Shown: positions 44,501-57,600 of the stretch, one piece after another
Layout of the letters: the number at the start of each line of letters is the position of its first letter
How positions within the stretch are numbered: position 1 is the first letter of the stretch
Assembly (NCBI RefSeq): GCF_046119375.1
Contig: NW_027362769.1
Coordinates: 374,790,001 to 374,854,000 of the forward strand
Direction of reading: 5' to 3'
Source of the DNA: Phyllobates terribilis
Lineage: Eukaryota
Length of the DNA stretch: 64,000 nt
Notes under the pieces: generated by a model
The model's input: the letters and a program-made list of their open reading frames with translations, nothing else
The model's database searches: none
Told to the model about the DNA's origin: nothing
Position numbers and translations under genes: made by a program

Positions 44501-47500
44501 TTTTAATCTGCAATAAATGGCAAAAGTGCTTGTTTTAACAAGTAGGATCTGATAATATCCACATGAAAATGGGAATAAACCCCTTTAAATGGAAATATAC
44601 GCTGAAGGAAGAGCACGAGCTGGGAGAGACGGGTTAGCGGTTACCTTGTCAACAGCTGGGTGCCACGACTTACGAATACCACCTTCAGTACAGAGGCGTC
44701 GTGACCCTCAAAGGTCTGCGGGAGGGATAATGAGAGGGAGGGTAATAAAAATATATTGTAGTCATGTTGGGAGTTGTAGTATTCTACAGAGGAGGGCAGA
44801 ATGGTATGATCACCTTTAAGCAGCTGAAGTCATGTAGACCCCAAAGTCTGACGGTCCCGTCTGCAGATGAAGTGGCTACAACTTGGTCCACAGGTGAGAA
44901 CTGCACGCACCACACGCCGCGCTTGTGTCCCCTGAAGACGCCCATGAGAGACAGGTCGGTCGACGACCACAGCTTGGCGGTCTTATCTTGAGACCCGGAG
45001 ACGATCAACTTGTCGTTAGGAGACACCGCAACACTGTTAATATCCTGAGAAGCAAAAAGGGGAAAATATGTATATATTATTGTATGAATTACATCTGCTA
45101 TTTTATAATCCAGCACACCTGGGCATCTCCTGGATATAGTTATGTATATACAGCCGGTATAACCTGGGCATCTCCTGGATATAGTTATGTATATACAGCC
45201 GGTATAACCTGGGCATCTCCTGTATATAATTATATATGTACAGCCGGTATAACCTGGGCATCTCCTGGATATAGTTATGTATATACAGCCGGTATAACCT
45301 GGACATCTCCTGTATATAATTATATATGTACAGCCGGTATAACCTGGGCATCTCCTGTATATAATTATATATGTACAGCCGGTATAACCTGGGCATCTCC
45401 TGTATATAATTATATATGTACAGCCGGTATAACCTGGGCATCTCCTGTATATAATTATATATGTACAGCCGGTATAACCTGGGCATCTCCTGTATATAAT
45501 TATATATGTACAGCCGGTATAACCTGGGCATCTCCTGTATATAATTATATATGTACAGCCGGTATAACCTGGGCATCTCCTGTATATAATTATATATGTA
45601 CAGCCGGTATAACCTGGGCATCTCCTGTATATAATTATATATGTACAGCCGGTATAACCTGGGCATCTCCTGTATATAATTATATATGTACAGCTGGTAT
45701 AACCTGGGCATCTCCTGTATATATAACTAGCTATTGAACCCGTTCTACGCCCGGGTGGCGAGCATTTTTATTGGTATATGGTCTCCCATGCTGCAAATGT
45801 GTCTTCAGTAAAATGGCGCCGGATAGCGCTATGCGCATGCGCCGATCCGATGCCTCACTCCTGCCCCAGTCTCCAGCGAAGAGAGGCGCCGCCGCAACGC
45901 TCCTCCCGGTCAGGTAAGTATGGCGCCGGAGATCGCGGTATGCGTTCAGTGTCTACGCACACCGCGATCTCCAGCGCCATACACTCCTCGTACCTGTAAC
46001 GGCTTTATGCCTGCTTCTGCCTGGAGCCAGACAGCGCGTCACGCATGCGCAGTCTATCGAGGCTTCAGACAGGCACACTTGCAGCATTATATTATAGATT
46101 ATATATGTACAGCTGGTATAACTTGGGTATCTCCTATGTAGAATTATATATGTGAAGCTGGTATAACCTGGGCATCTCCTGTATATAATTATATATGTAC
46201 AGCTGGTATAACCTGGGCATCTCCTGTATATAATTATATATGTACAGCTGGTATAACCTGGGCATCTCCTGTATATAATTATATATGTACAGCTGGTATA
46301 ACCTGGGCATCATTTGTATATATAATTATATATATACAGCTGGTATAACCTGGGCATCATTTGTATATATAATTATATATGTACAGCTGGTATAACCTGG
46401 GCATCTCCTGTATATAGTTACATATATACAGCTGGTATAACCTGGGCATCTCCTGTATATAATTATATATGTACAGCTGGTATAACCTGGGCATCTCCTG
46501 TATATAATTATATATGTACAGCTGGTATAACCTGGGCATCTCCTGTATATAATTATATATGTAAAGCTGGTATAACCTGGGTATGTTCTGTATATAATTA
46601 TATATTTACAGCTGGTATAACCTGGGCATCATCTCAGTCCTCTTTTACCTTATCATGCCCCTTCTCTGTCACGCTGGCGTACAGACTCTCCAGTTCGGGG
46701 GTCCGGCCTTTAGACACTGTCACGGTCTCGGGAAGCGTCCAGCGCTTTAGTGTGAAATCTTGGCTTCCGCTGACAATAAAGGAATTTTTCAATCTAAAAG
46801 AAAGAGACAAAAGCTGAAGGCGACACCGGTCCGTCCCATGACGCCATGTCTGCTGCGGTTCAGGAACTACAACCACAGAGATCAGCGGCGCCCGCAGTTT
46901 GTTAGCCGCTCATCCATCCTTCCTGGAGTTCAGGTTTTAGGACAGGGACTCCCCTACCTGGAGCATGCGATCGCCCCCACACCATTGGTGTGACCTCCGC
47001 CCATGGCGACACAATGCACGCGTCCGGTGGTTTTATTCATCCTCCAGATCCTGACAGTTCGATCCTATAAGAAAGTGCAAGTTGAGCAAAGTACAAGGAG
47101 GTCACCTGCTGGAGCGGCTCGTATTTTAACACATTTTTTGGACTGTACCTTGGCGCAGCTGGCAAACATGAGACCTTTCTTAAACACATCAAGGGCAAGA
47201 ACAGTCTCTAAAAAAATAAAAAAAATTAAAAAAAGAAAGTTAAAAAAAATATATTGCCATCTTGTGGCTCATGTTGGTATCGCTCTTAGGCTATTAAAAC
47301 CTACAAATGGCTAAAAAAAAATGTATTTATTAAAAAAAATTAAGATTTAAGCACCTTTGCAAATCATCCTGATTAAAAAAAAAAATATATATAAAAAAAG
47401 GATCTACTGTTTTGTGCACACAGCTCCAATGAAGAGTTATGTGTCTCCAAGGTTTCGCCCTCCTGCCGGTTTACTCAGTAGTTTGACAAGATCAGGTGTA

Positions 47501-50500
47501 ATGAGGGGAGTGACACAATTTCAGGATCAGACCAATTTTTTTATATATATTTTTGGGTGCGAAGAATTCCTTTTTGCAGTTAGGTTTCGTTACAAATTTT
47601 GGATCGTTTGGCTTTTATAGGATTTTTTTTTCTGCACATTTCAAAAGGAGATAACTGAGGATCTGTCGGTGAGCTCGTTCTTGATAGGCTGAAAAAGACA
47701 ATGACAAACTCCTATTTATGAACACACATCAAAGTTTCAGCTCTTCTTTGATGTGGCCTGTGGTAGTCAATCCGCCCAGAAGAGCTCAGATATAAATTTA
47801 CAAACTCCTGGGAGATTGAGCTCACTGACAGATTCTCAGTAGAGTCGAGCAATTAGATCTGTGCTAGCACAGTCTAATCTGCCATGGTGGCCGATCTTCA
47901 CTTGTAAAGTATAACCACTGTACTTATTTCCCACCAGGTACATCACTAGTCTCCGTAGTTCCTGTTCTTTCACGACAGGCATGTAACCACTGCAACCAAT
48001 CACTAGCCGCAGCAGTGACTGACAAATCATCGCAGCAGCCAGTGATTGACTGCAGTGGTCACATGTCCATCTGGCTAGAACAGGATGTCCAGAAACAGGC
48101 TCAGTACTTCTCACTTAGTCCAGAAGGAAATGTTACCGTTGCATTCAGTGATTGGCTGCAGCGGTCACATGCACATTCAGACTGGATAAAAAAAAAAATG
48201 CAGGAAAAGTGGAAATAATTTGCAGCAGAATTTTGGGGGATTTTTTTTGTATTGTGATGTGTCTGCAGACATTTCTACGCCCTCCCCCGAACGATTCGCT
48301 GCACACAACGTACCCGAGTGACCGTACAGGATCTGGCAGTTAGATGTTTCCAGCTCAAAGACTTTTATTTGGGGGCTGTTTGTGGCCACAACAATATGGG
48401 AGTCAGAGGGACCCAAGAATTTCACATCCAGAACCTCGTCGTTGTATCCTGCAAACTGCGGGTGAGAAGGTTAGGAGGCGGCGAAGATCACGAGAACCCG
48501 GGGGCGAGAAAGGACGAGACAAGACACACCTGCTTCTTCAGCTGCAGATTGTGGAGGTCGTACATGATAATGCTGTGCTCCGCGCTCACCGTCACCACCT
48601 CCTCCTGGTTAGGGAGAAGCAGGCAGTGCGTCAGGCTGTGCTCGTCACCCTCCTCTTCTGAGGCTTTCCTTCCGGGGTGAGGAGATGGCTGAGTGTATAA
48701 ACACCGGGACGTGGCTGCATCCCACACCTGCAGTATACCTGCAGAATACAGATGTAACCCAGTAAAGTATGCACACAGTGACTGCAGCAGCAGAATAGTG
48801 AGTGCAGCTCTGGAGTATAATACAGGATGTAACTCAGGATCAGTAATGTATGTACACAGTGACTGCACCAGCAGAATAGTGAGTGCAGCTCTGGAGTAGA
48901 ATACAGGGTGTAACTCAGGATCAGTAATGTATGTACACAGTGACTGCACCAGCAGAATAGTGAGTGCAGCTCTGGAGTATAATACAGGAGGTAACTCAGG
49001 ATCAGTAATGTAATGTATGTACACAGTGACTGCACCAGCAGAATAGTGAGTGCAGTTCTGGAGTATAATACAGGATGTAACTCAGGATCAGTAATGTAAT
49101 GCATGTACACAGTGACTGCACTAGCAGAATAGTGAGTGCAGCTCTGGAGTATATACAGGATGTCACGCAGGATCAGTAATGTATGTGAATAGTGAGTGCG
49201 AATTACTTTTTCAAGCTATGTTTTTGGCCCAGAATGAGCAATGCTGCTATAATAAGCAAACAATCCTTGTAATTCCTGCTTCTGTCCTACCTTTACTGCC
49301 AGCTGTGATGAAGAGAAGAGACTTTGTGTCCTGATCTCTGCCGATGAGCTTTGGGATGTTGGGGAGGAGAAGGACAACTTCCACACTCTGTTGAGAAAAA
49401 ATAAATTGTTTCCCGTGTATATAATATCGACAATAGATCACAGAGCAAGTGATCACCGACCTCGTACACGGGAACCGTCCTCTTGGGCGTCTTGGTCTCC
49501 AGGTCCCACACGGTGCAGATCTTATCCCGACCTGAGCTGCAGACAGGAGATCACAATGGCTGATCATCACTGGGGCACACAATGCATTGGCTTTGTACAA
49601 TTAGGGACTTACCTGATCATGATGTCCCCATCAGCAGAGAAGCACAAGGAGGTGACGGCGCTGTAATGATTCTCCAGGAGACGCAGACACTTGCTGGACT
49701 TCAGATCCCAGATACGGATCTTATAATCCATGGAGGAGGAGAAGAGCTGCAGCCGGGACATGTCAGGATGAAACTGCACCAGACTAGAAAAATAAGACGA
49801 TGATCAAAAATGCTAAAGAGACTGCAATACCAGACCGAGCCACTGAGCGGCGCTGTTTCCGGAGAACAGCGGCCATGTTTTTCTAATCTCCTATGACCCC
49901 TTTAACACCTTTCCGACGTGGTACGTAATAGTACGCACCACGTCGGCACCCCCTGTTCACCGCGGGCTCCGGCGCTGAGCCTGAACTAAACCGGGCACAT
50001 GTCAGCTGATTTATACAGCTGACATGTGCCCGCCACGATCCACCCGCAGCTGTTAACTAGTTAAATGCCACTGTCAATCTCTGACAGCGGCATTTAACAG
50101 CACCGTGCTGGAAGCACGTCACTTACCCTGCCCATCAGTGACCCCGTCGCGTGATCGCGGGTCACCAATGTGTGGGCATGACAACCCGGGGTCTGCAGCA
50201 GACCCCTGTGGCTGTCGTGTAAAGATTGCTCTGAGCGCCACCTAGTGGTCGGCGCTCATAGCACATGAGCATTTCTACTACATAGAGGCGATCTGCTCAT
50301 CACCTCTATGTAGCAGAGGCGATCGGACTGCTGCTGCTTCTAGTCTCCTATGGAGACTATAGAAGCATGTAAAAAGTGTATATATATATGTTTTTAAAAA
50401 TATTAAAAAAATTTAAAAGTTTAAATCACCTCCCTTTTTGCCCCATTGAAACAAAATTCCAAACGCCAGAATTACATTTTTTTGGTCACCGCAACATTGC

Positions 50501-53500
50501 AATAAAATGCAATGACGGGCGATCAAAACATTGGATCTACCCCAAAATGATATCAATAAAAAAAATCAGCTCGGCGTGCAAAAAAAAAAAATATACCCTC
50601 ACCCAGCCCCAGATCCCAAACAATAGAAACGCTACGGGTCTCGGAAAATGGCGTTTCTTTTAGCAAACTTTGTAATATTTTTTCACCACTTAAATAAAAA
50701 AGAACCTATACATGTTTGGTGTCTACGAACTCATAATGATCTGGAGAATAATGATGGCAGGTCAATTTTAGCATTCAGTGACCGTGGTATATAAAAAAAA
50801 AACAACTGTGGAATTGCATTTTTTTTGCAATTTCACCACACTTGGAATTTTTCTCCTGGTTTCCAGTACACGATATGGTAAAACCAATGATGGCGTTTTA
50901 AAGTACAACTTGTCCCGCAAAAAATAAGCCCTTACATGGCCATATTGGACAAAAAATAAAAAAAAAGGTTCGGGCTCTGGACAGAAGAGGAGCAAAAAAC
51001 GAAAACGCAAAAATTGAAAATGCTCCGGTCATGAAGGGGTTAAATATTGCATTACCTAAAACACAAAGCAGACCATTTACTACTGCAACAGATCGTACAA
51101 CCAATGTGGATGGCAGTTTGCCCCCTAAACTAGCATCTAAAACTTACTGGACCACCCCGGAGGAGCCCTTCAGGTTGTGGGTGCAGTACTGCTTCAGAAC
51201 ATCCCAGATTTTGATTGTGCTGTCACAGCCCCCTACAGGTAGAGAAGGGTAATACAGTTATATGTAGCTGCACAGCGTCAGCAGATCACCGGCTAAGCAG
51301 CCAGAAATATGTAATGACCATAACAAGCACAAAAGTAAAAGAAAACACAGAAAATTATAAATATTCTAATCAAGATTCTGCAACATGGAAGCTGCGCTCT
51401 TATTGTACATCTGACAGCGGTAGAAGTAAGCCACATATTAGAGAATTGATCCGCAGCACCCTGGTCCAGTGGCCAGGTCAGTAGCTCGTGGTAGCCAGAC
51501 GGTAGCCGTGCGATAAGAGTCCCCAGCGCATTTTGTGATGAGCAGGTCTGGCATCATGTTGCCCCAGTTAAGGCGCCGGGAAGGCGGATCGCAGGGCTCC
51601 GGACCAGCTGACACAGGGCGATGCAGATCAAATTACTGATATCTAATCTTTTCTTTTAATCTTTTTTTTTTTTTCTGATTGTACAATTTTTCTTATGGGG
51701 ACAGCCATCTTACTCAAAGTGCTGTTAACAACTTTTAGAGATTTGCTTTAGAGCAGGAAACAATAGACAGGAGGGGACTCATTGACTTCTATTGGGGGGG
51801 GGGGTGTGGTTGTATTGGGGCATTCTCTTTGACCTGTGTAGGGAGGGGGCGGAAGAGGTGAGCTGTGACAACTATGGTGAATGGTGGATCCTGTGTAATA
51901 TATATCACTTTTCAGCAGTCACATTATCATCAGAGGCAGGAAACATACATGCATATAACAAGGTGGGAAGTTGGAGTCTTACCTGTAGCCAGCAATGTAG
52001 AGGTAGAGTCAAAGGCCATGCTGGAGACCGGCGCGGTGTGGATGGCCTTCCAGGTCCGAGTGCATGTGCCCATCTGCCACTGCCATTGTTTTAGCAGCAA
52101 AGCGCGACTGCTGGTCACCAGGATCTACAGGGAAGACAGAACTTGAAGGGCAGGTCCAGCTTTACAACCACTTTTAATTAATTGCTCCCATACATCCAAA
52201 ATAAAAACCGAAAAAAATTGCAGATAATCCTGATTAATTATCCGCTACAGTTTTGTGTCTACATCTCCTATGCAGACCGATTTGTTACCATGGTAACAGA
52301 CTACAAACAAACCCTGTGTAGTCTGACCACAATTATAGCCGTATGCCCCCGGCTTCTTGCCGACCTCCTGAATGTAGAAACAAGGGAGTAGATATTACTG
52401 CAGGATCAGACTACGCGTAACTTGTTTGCAGCTATGGAAACACACAGGTTTGCACAGGAGCTGTATACACAAAATGGTAGAATTTCTTTTTACTAATTCT
52501 AATAACAAAAATGTCTTAATCTTTCTGTTGAGAGGAGGCTACTTGATATTACATACTTACCCCATCATCTGGGCTGAGTATAAAACACGTGATGTCCTCC
52601 TGATCATCCTAGAAGGATAAAAAAAATATGTTTAGCTTAGGGAAATGGCGCTCTATATAGGATGGCATCAGATGGGGGTAGTCTCAATCTTACCACAGCG
52701 CTCTATATAGGACGGTATCAGATGGGGGTAGCCTCAATCTCACCACATCGCTCTATATAGGACGGTATCAGATGGGGGTAGCCTCAATCTCACCACAGCG
52801 CTCTATATAGGACGGTATCAGAAGGGGGTAGCCTCAATCTCACCACGGCGCTCTATATAGGACGGTATCAGATGGGGGTAGCCTCAATCTCACCACGGCG
52901 CTCTATATAGGACGGTATCAGATGGGGGTAGCCTCAATCTCACCACGGCGCTCTATATAGGACGGTATCAGATGGGGGTAGCCTCAATCTCACCACGGCG
53001 CTCTATATAGGATGGTATCAGATGGGGGTAGCCTCAATCTCCCCAGGGCGCTCTATATAGGATGGTATCAGATGGGAGTAGCCTCAATCTCCCCACGGAG
53101 CTCTATATAGGATGGTATCAGATGGGAGTAGCCTCAATCTCCCCACGGAGCTCTATATAGGATGGTATCAGATGGGGGTAGCCTCAATCTCACCTCCTGG
53201 CACTGACTGGAGGAGTCACATGCTCCTGTTATTGCCCACACAAACCCAGTTACCTCCTATGGGGAAGCGTTTTAGGACTGTAGGTTCCTCACCTGTTCTA
53301 TAGTTCGGGTGATGGCCCCGGTAGCGATCTCAAGGACATTCAGCTTATTACCGCATATACATAACAGATGGGTCCCATCCTTACTGATCTGACAGACAAA
53401 AATAAATCATAATCAGATCCCGACGGCCTCTAACATCATGGACGTCAATGTGAAAACATCTGCTGAATACCTGAACTTTGCCTCTTTTATAGAAAGGCTC

Positions 53501-54268
53501 AATCTTCTTCTCCACGGCGTAACTGGAAAATACAGACAATGAGTTATGGTGCATCCCCCAAAGACTTTGGAAACCCCAGACTAGTTATCAGGACCCCCAC
53601 CGAACCTGAGAATATGGCAACGTAATCAATATTACCAGAGGAAAGTAATAGTACATATAATAGGGATCCAGGTAGAGCGGAACTGGGCATGGGGTGAGAG
53701 GACAATGTCAATTTGTCCAAGGGTCTGGCCTGAAGAGGGGCCTCAATTCATTTAGTAGTTTGGTCTGGGGTCTTAATTGACTTCGGGGCTTGGTCTGGGA
53801 GGGATCTCAATTCAACCTGTGATGTTATCGGGATGGGGGGGTTCTGGCCTGGGGTCTCAATTGAAAAGTAAACAAAAAATCTATTCCCCTTTGCACATCA
53901 CACCCACTCTGATGACACCCTGCTCACACAGCTGCGGGGCTTGTGACCAGGGAGGTCTGGCACGGTAACGCACCCTGCCCAGTGTGAACAGCACAAGCTC
54001 AAGAAGAGACACTGTATACACGAGGGTCTCCATTCACTGACAGCAAGAGCAGATCTGGACACATGATGGATGACATAGAATCTTTACATAGTCAGCTGCC
54101 CCCTTTAATGCTAAATATCAGTGTAGAAAATATTACATAGAACTGTGATGTGGTGGTGGAGCTGGGACTTGTAGTACCACCAGTGCTATACGCAGGATTG
54201 GGCAAAGTACAGGAAATAAACCTCCCCCTGACTTACTTGGTCTTAAACTGCACAGCAGGAGCCGCCAT
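41512..54268 (-). CDS. TBL3: Transducin beta-like protein 3 / UTP13 (WD40 SSU-processome protein), 22 exons, 824 aa
   Basis: Exons (minus): 54268-54237, 53522-53471, 53388-53293, 52608-52561, 52124-51983, 51232-51148, 49783-49613, 49536-49461, 49387-49291, 48738-48530, 48455-48314, 47207-47149, 47064-46958, 46793-46649, 45044-44814, 44715-44645, 44086-43930, 43742-43684, 43594-43491, 42430-42359, 41908-41750, 41672-41512. Sum 2475 nt, open throughout. Diagnostic peptides FKTNYAVEKKIEPFY, WKAIHTAPV, DINSVAVSPNDKL, FEGHDASVLKV, WNTNSRNCHEAQ. Confidence 0.96.
42848..43221. mobile_element. Kolobok/T2-type foldback MITE in TBL3 intron 19
   Basis: TTAA TSD; TIR AGGGGACCTGTCACTTG; long internal inverted arms (TGTAAATGCCGCTGTTCTCCTGAATCCGG). 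Confidence 0.85.
44117..44584. mobile_element. Kolobok/T2-type MITE in TBL3 intron 16
   Basis: TTAA|AGGGTTATTC ... GAATAAACCCCT|TTAA; related copy at ~58105-58520. Confidence 0.75.
45115..46630. repeat. 43-bp minisatellite (acctgggcatctcctgtatataattatatatgtacagc(c/t)ggtata) in TBL3 intron 14, split by a Helitron
   Basis: Near-perfect units at 45115-45726 and 46099-46630. Confidence 0.95.
45727..46098 (-). mobile_element. Small non-autonomous Helitron, family 2 (372 bp)
   Basis: Minus-strand 5' TCTATAATATAATG; 3' hairpin CCCGGGCGTAGAACGGG..TAGCTAG; inserted at A|T of one minisatellite unit (TATAA|TTATA), no TSD. Confidence 0.75.
48765..49200. repeat. About 5 x 81-86 bp minisatellite (gtacacagtgactgcaccagcagaatagtgagtgcagctctggagtataatacaggatgtaactcaggatcagtaat) in TBL3 intron 9
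   Basis: Unit starts at ~48771, 48852, 48933, 49019, 49105. Confidence 0.9.
49906..51039. mobile_element. piggyBac-like non-autonomous element (1134 bp) in TBL3 intron 6
   Basis: TTAA|CACCTTTCCGAC ... TCATGAAGGGG|TTAA; no coding capacity. Confidence 0.75.
52649..53185. repeat. 11 x 50-bp minisatellite in TBL3 intron 3
   Basis: CTCTATATAG recurs exactly every 50 nt from 52651 to 53151. Confidence 0.95.
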
Positions 54269-54279
54269 GTTCTGCTTCT

Positions 54280-54440
54280 ATCCCGTCCTCCTCCCGCCGA
54301 TCAGCAGCATAGAGCAGAAACACACGCGAACAGCGACATCACATGCATGCCGTACAGAGCAGCTCACTTCCGGCGCCATCATTCTACGTCATCAGCCGGG
54401 CAGGAAGTACAACGGGCGCCATCTTGCTGCACCCAAAGCT
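54280..54440 (-). promoter_or_regulatory. TBL3 CpG-rich housekeeping promoter / 5' UTR region
   Basis: Upstream of the TBL3 ATG: ETS/GABP-like CACTTCCGG (~54366), CRE-like TACGTCA (~54386), CAGGAAGT (~54401), YY1-like AAGATGGCGCC read on the minus strand (~54414-54424); CpG-rich, no TATA. Confidence 0.6.
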
Positions 54441-54606
54441 GTCCATATTTTAAAGGCACAGCGTAAAGTTATATAAAGTGGTTACATTTGGCTGTAGAGG
54501 TCCAGCAGGGCATAGTTGTACAATTTTTTTTTTACTCTTCTATGTCAAATAATTAATAGTTTTCCTATATATTGGCCTGCCATATATTTATACAACTAGA
54601 CCATGA

Positions 54607-57600
54607 TCTACTATATAATTGTCTTATCCCGTCTGTTTGTCTGTCTGTCCAGGAAATCCCGCGTCGCTCATTGGTCCGGCAGCGGCCATTCAGCGCAGCG
54701 GGATTTCAGAAAAACGATGGCGGCCGTTAGCGGCTCATCTGCGGGACGGAGCTCAGCGGCGTTGCAACCGGGAGATGAGCACCGCGAGGCGCTCATCTCC
54801 AGTACCAGCAGAAGGACCCCGACCGCCGGACCCATCTGCGGGACGGAGATGCAGTCGGGAGATGAGCGGCGCGAGGCGCTCATGTCCCAGCCGGCAGCAG
54901 CGGAAGGACCGCCAGCGTCGCTGACATCCATGCGGAAGGGAGGACCGGGGTGCGGCGCTGTGGGTCGGGATACTTCTGCTGCGAGCGCCCGCTCATGTCC
55001 CGGGTTCTCGCAGCGGAAGTAGCCGCACAGGCAGCGCCGCTCCCCGGTCCTCACCAAGATGATTCGATGATTGGTCGCGGTCTTCGGACCCGACCAATCA
55101 CTGATCTTAGCGCAAAAGTTAAATACCGCTGTGCTGATTGGTAGCGGACGCTGCCCACGACCAATCACCGATTTGGGCGCCAAATTTAAATATTGGCCGC
55201 GACCAATCAGCACAGTAGTGGTTAACTTTAGCCGCAAGATCAGTGATTGGTCGCGGGCCAAGACCGCGACCAATCACCGATTTGTGCGGCACATTTAAAT
55301 AGCGGCCGCGACCAATTGGATGTCAGCGCCGCTCCCCGGTTCTCCCTTCACACCCTTGCCGCATGGATGTCAGCGGCGCTGCCTGTGCGGATACTTCCGC
55401 TGCGAGAACCGGACATTTGTGTTAAAAATCGCTGATTGGTCGCTGGCGCTGCCCGCGACCAATCACCGATTTGGGCGCCAAATTTAAATATCGCCGCGAC
55501 CAATCAGCACAGCGGTGTTTAAATCTGGAGCCAAGATCGGTGATTGGTCGCGTCCGATATTTAAATTTGCCGCCCAAATTGGTGATAGGTCGCGGGCAGC
55601 GCCAGCGACCAATCAGCGATTTTTAACACAAATGTCCGGACCTTAGTAACACCATGCGGATACTGTGGGGATATCAGCGGCTAGAGTGTGAAGGGAGGAC
55701 CGGGGAGCGGTGCTGCCTGTGCGGATACTTCCGCTGCGAGAACCAGGGACATGAGCGGGCGCTCGCAGCAGAAGTATCCCGACCCGCAGCGCCGCTCCCC
55801 GGTCCTCCCTTCACACCCTAGCCGCTGATGTCCCCACAGTATCAGCATGGTGTTACAAAGGTCCGGACATTTGTGTTAAAAATCGCTGATTGGTCGCTGG
55901 CGCTGCCCGCGACCAATCACCGATTTGGGCGCCAAATTTAAATATCGGCCGCGACCAATCACCGATCTTGGCTCCACATTTAAACACCGCTGTACTGATT
56001 GGTCGCGGACGCTATTTAAATGTGGCGCCAAAATCGGTGATTGGTCGCGCCCAGCGTCGGCGACCAATCAGCACAGCGGTGTTTAAATGTGGAGCCAAGA
56101 TCGGTGATTGGTCACGGCCGATATTTAAATTTGGCGCCCAAATCGGTGATTGGTCGCGGGCAGCACCCGCGACCAATCAGCGATTTTTAACACAAATGTC
56201 CGGACCTTTGTAACACCATGCGGATACTGTGGGGAGATCAGCGGCTAGGCTGTGAAGGGAAGACCGGGGAGCGGCGCTGCGGGTCGGGATACTTCTGCTG
56301 CGAGCAGTCGCTCATGTCCCGGGTTCTCGCAGCGGAAGTAGCCGCACAGGTGGCGGCGCTCCCAGGTCCTCACTAATACGATTCCGCTCCCCGCTCCTCA
56401 CCAATACGATTCGCTGATTGGTCGCGCTCTCCGCACGCGACCAATCAGTGATCTTGGCGCTAAAGTTAAACACCGCTCTGCTGATTGGTCGTGGCCGCTG
56501 CCCGCGACCAATCACCGATTTGGGCGCCACATTTAAATAGCGGCCGCGACCAATCACCGATCTTGCCGCCACATTTAAACACTGCTGTGCTAATTGGTCG
56601 CGGACACCAGCCGCGACCAATCAGCGAGCTTGGCGCCAAATTTAAACAACGCTCTGCTGATTGGTCGCGGACGCCAGATGCGTCCAATCAGCGAGATTGG
56701 CGCCAAATTTAAACAACGCTCTGCTGATTGCGGTCGCTGGCCGAGATCAATCAGCAGTATTGGCGCAAAATTTAAACAACGCTCTGCTGATTGGTCGCGG
56801 CCGTCAGCCGCGACTAATCAGCGATTTTGGCGCCAAATTTAAACACCGCTCTGCTGATTGTTCGCGGCCGGCGACCAATCAGCGATTTTGGCGCCAAATT
56901 TAAACCCCGCTCTGCATCGCTCTGCTGATTGGTCGCGGTCGCCGGCCGCGACCAATCAGCAGTATTGTCGCCAAATTTAAACACCTCTTTGCTGATTGGT
57001 CGCGGTCGCGACTAATCAGCGATTTTGGTGCCAAAATTAAACACGCTCTCCATTCCTCACTAACACGGTTCGCTGATTGGTCACGGCCGCCGCCCGCGAC
57101 CAATCAGCGATTTTGGCGCCAAATTTAAACACCGCTCTGCTGATTGGTCGCGGCCACCATCCGCGACCAATCAGCGAGATTGGCGCCAAATTTAAACAAC
57201 GCTCTGCTGATTGGTCGAGGCCAGCGACCGCGACCAATCAGCAGAGCGATGCAGAGCGGGGTTTAAATTTGGCCCCAAAATCGCTGATTAGTCGCGTCTG
57301 ACAGCCACGACCAATCAGCAGAGCGTTGTTTAAATTTTGCGCCAAAATCGCTGATTGGTCGCGGCCTCGACCAATCAGCGATTTTGGCGCCAAATTTAAA
57401 CACCGCTCTGCTGATTGGTCGCGGCTGTCAGACGCGACTAATCAGCGATTTTGGGGCCAAATTTAAACACGCTCTCCATTCCTCACTAACACGGTTCGCT
57501 GATTGGTCGCGGCCGCCGCCCGCGACCAATCAGCGATTTTGGCGCCAAATTTAAACACCGCTTTGCTGATTGGTCGCGGTTGCCTAACGCGACCAATCAG

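Noticed and set aside
44925-46539. Repetitive ORFs (TAGITWASPVYNYIC / MPRLYRLYIYNYIQE) and similar ORFs at 48488-49110
   Set aside because: Minisatellite translations within TBL3 introns.
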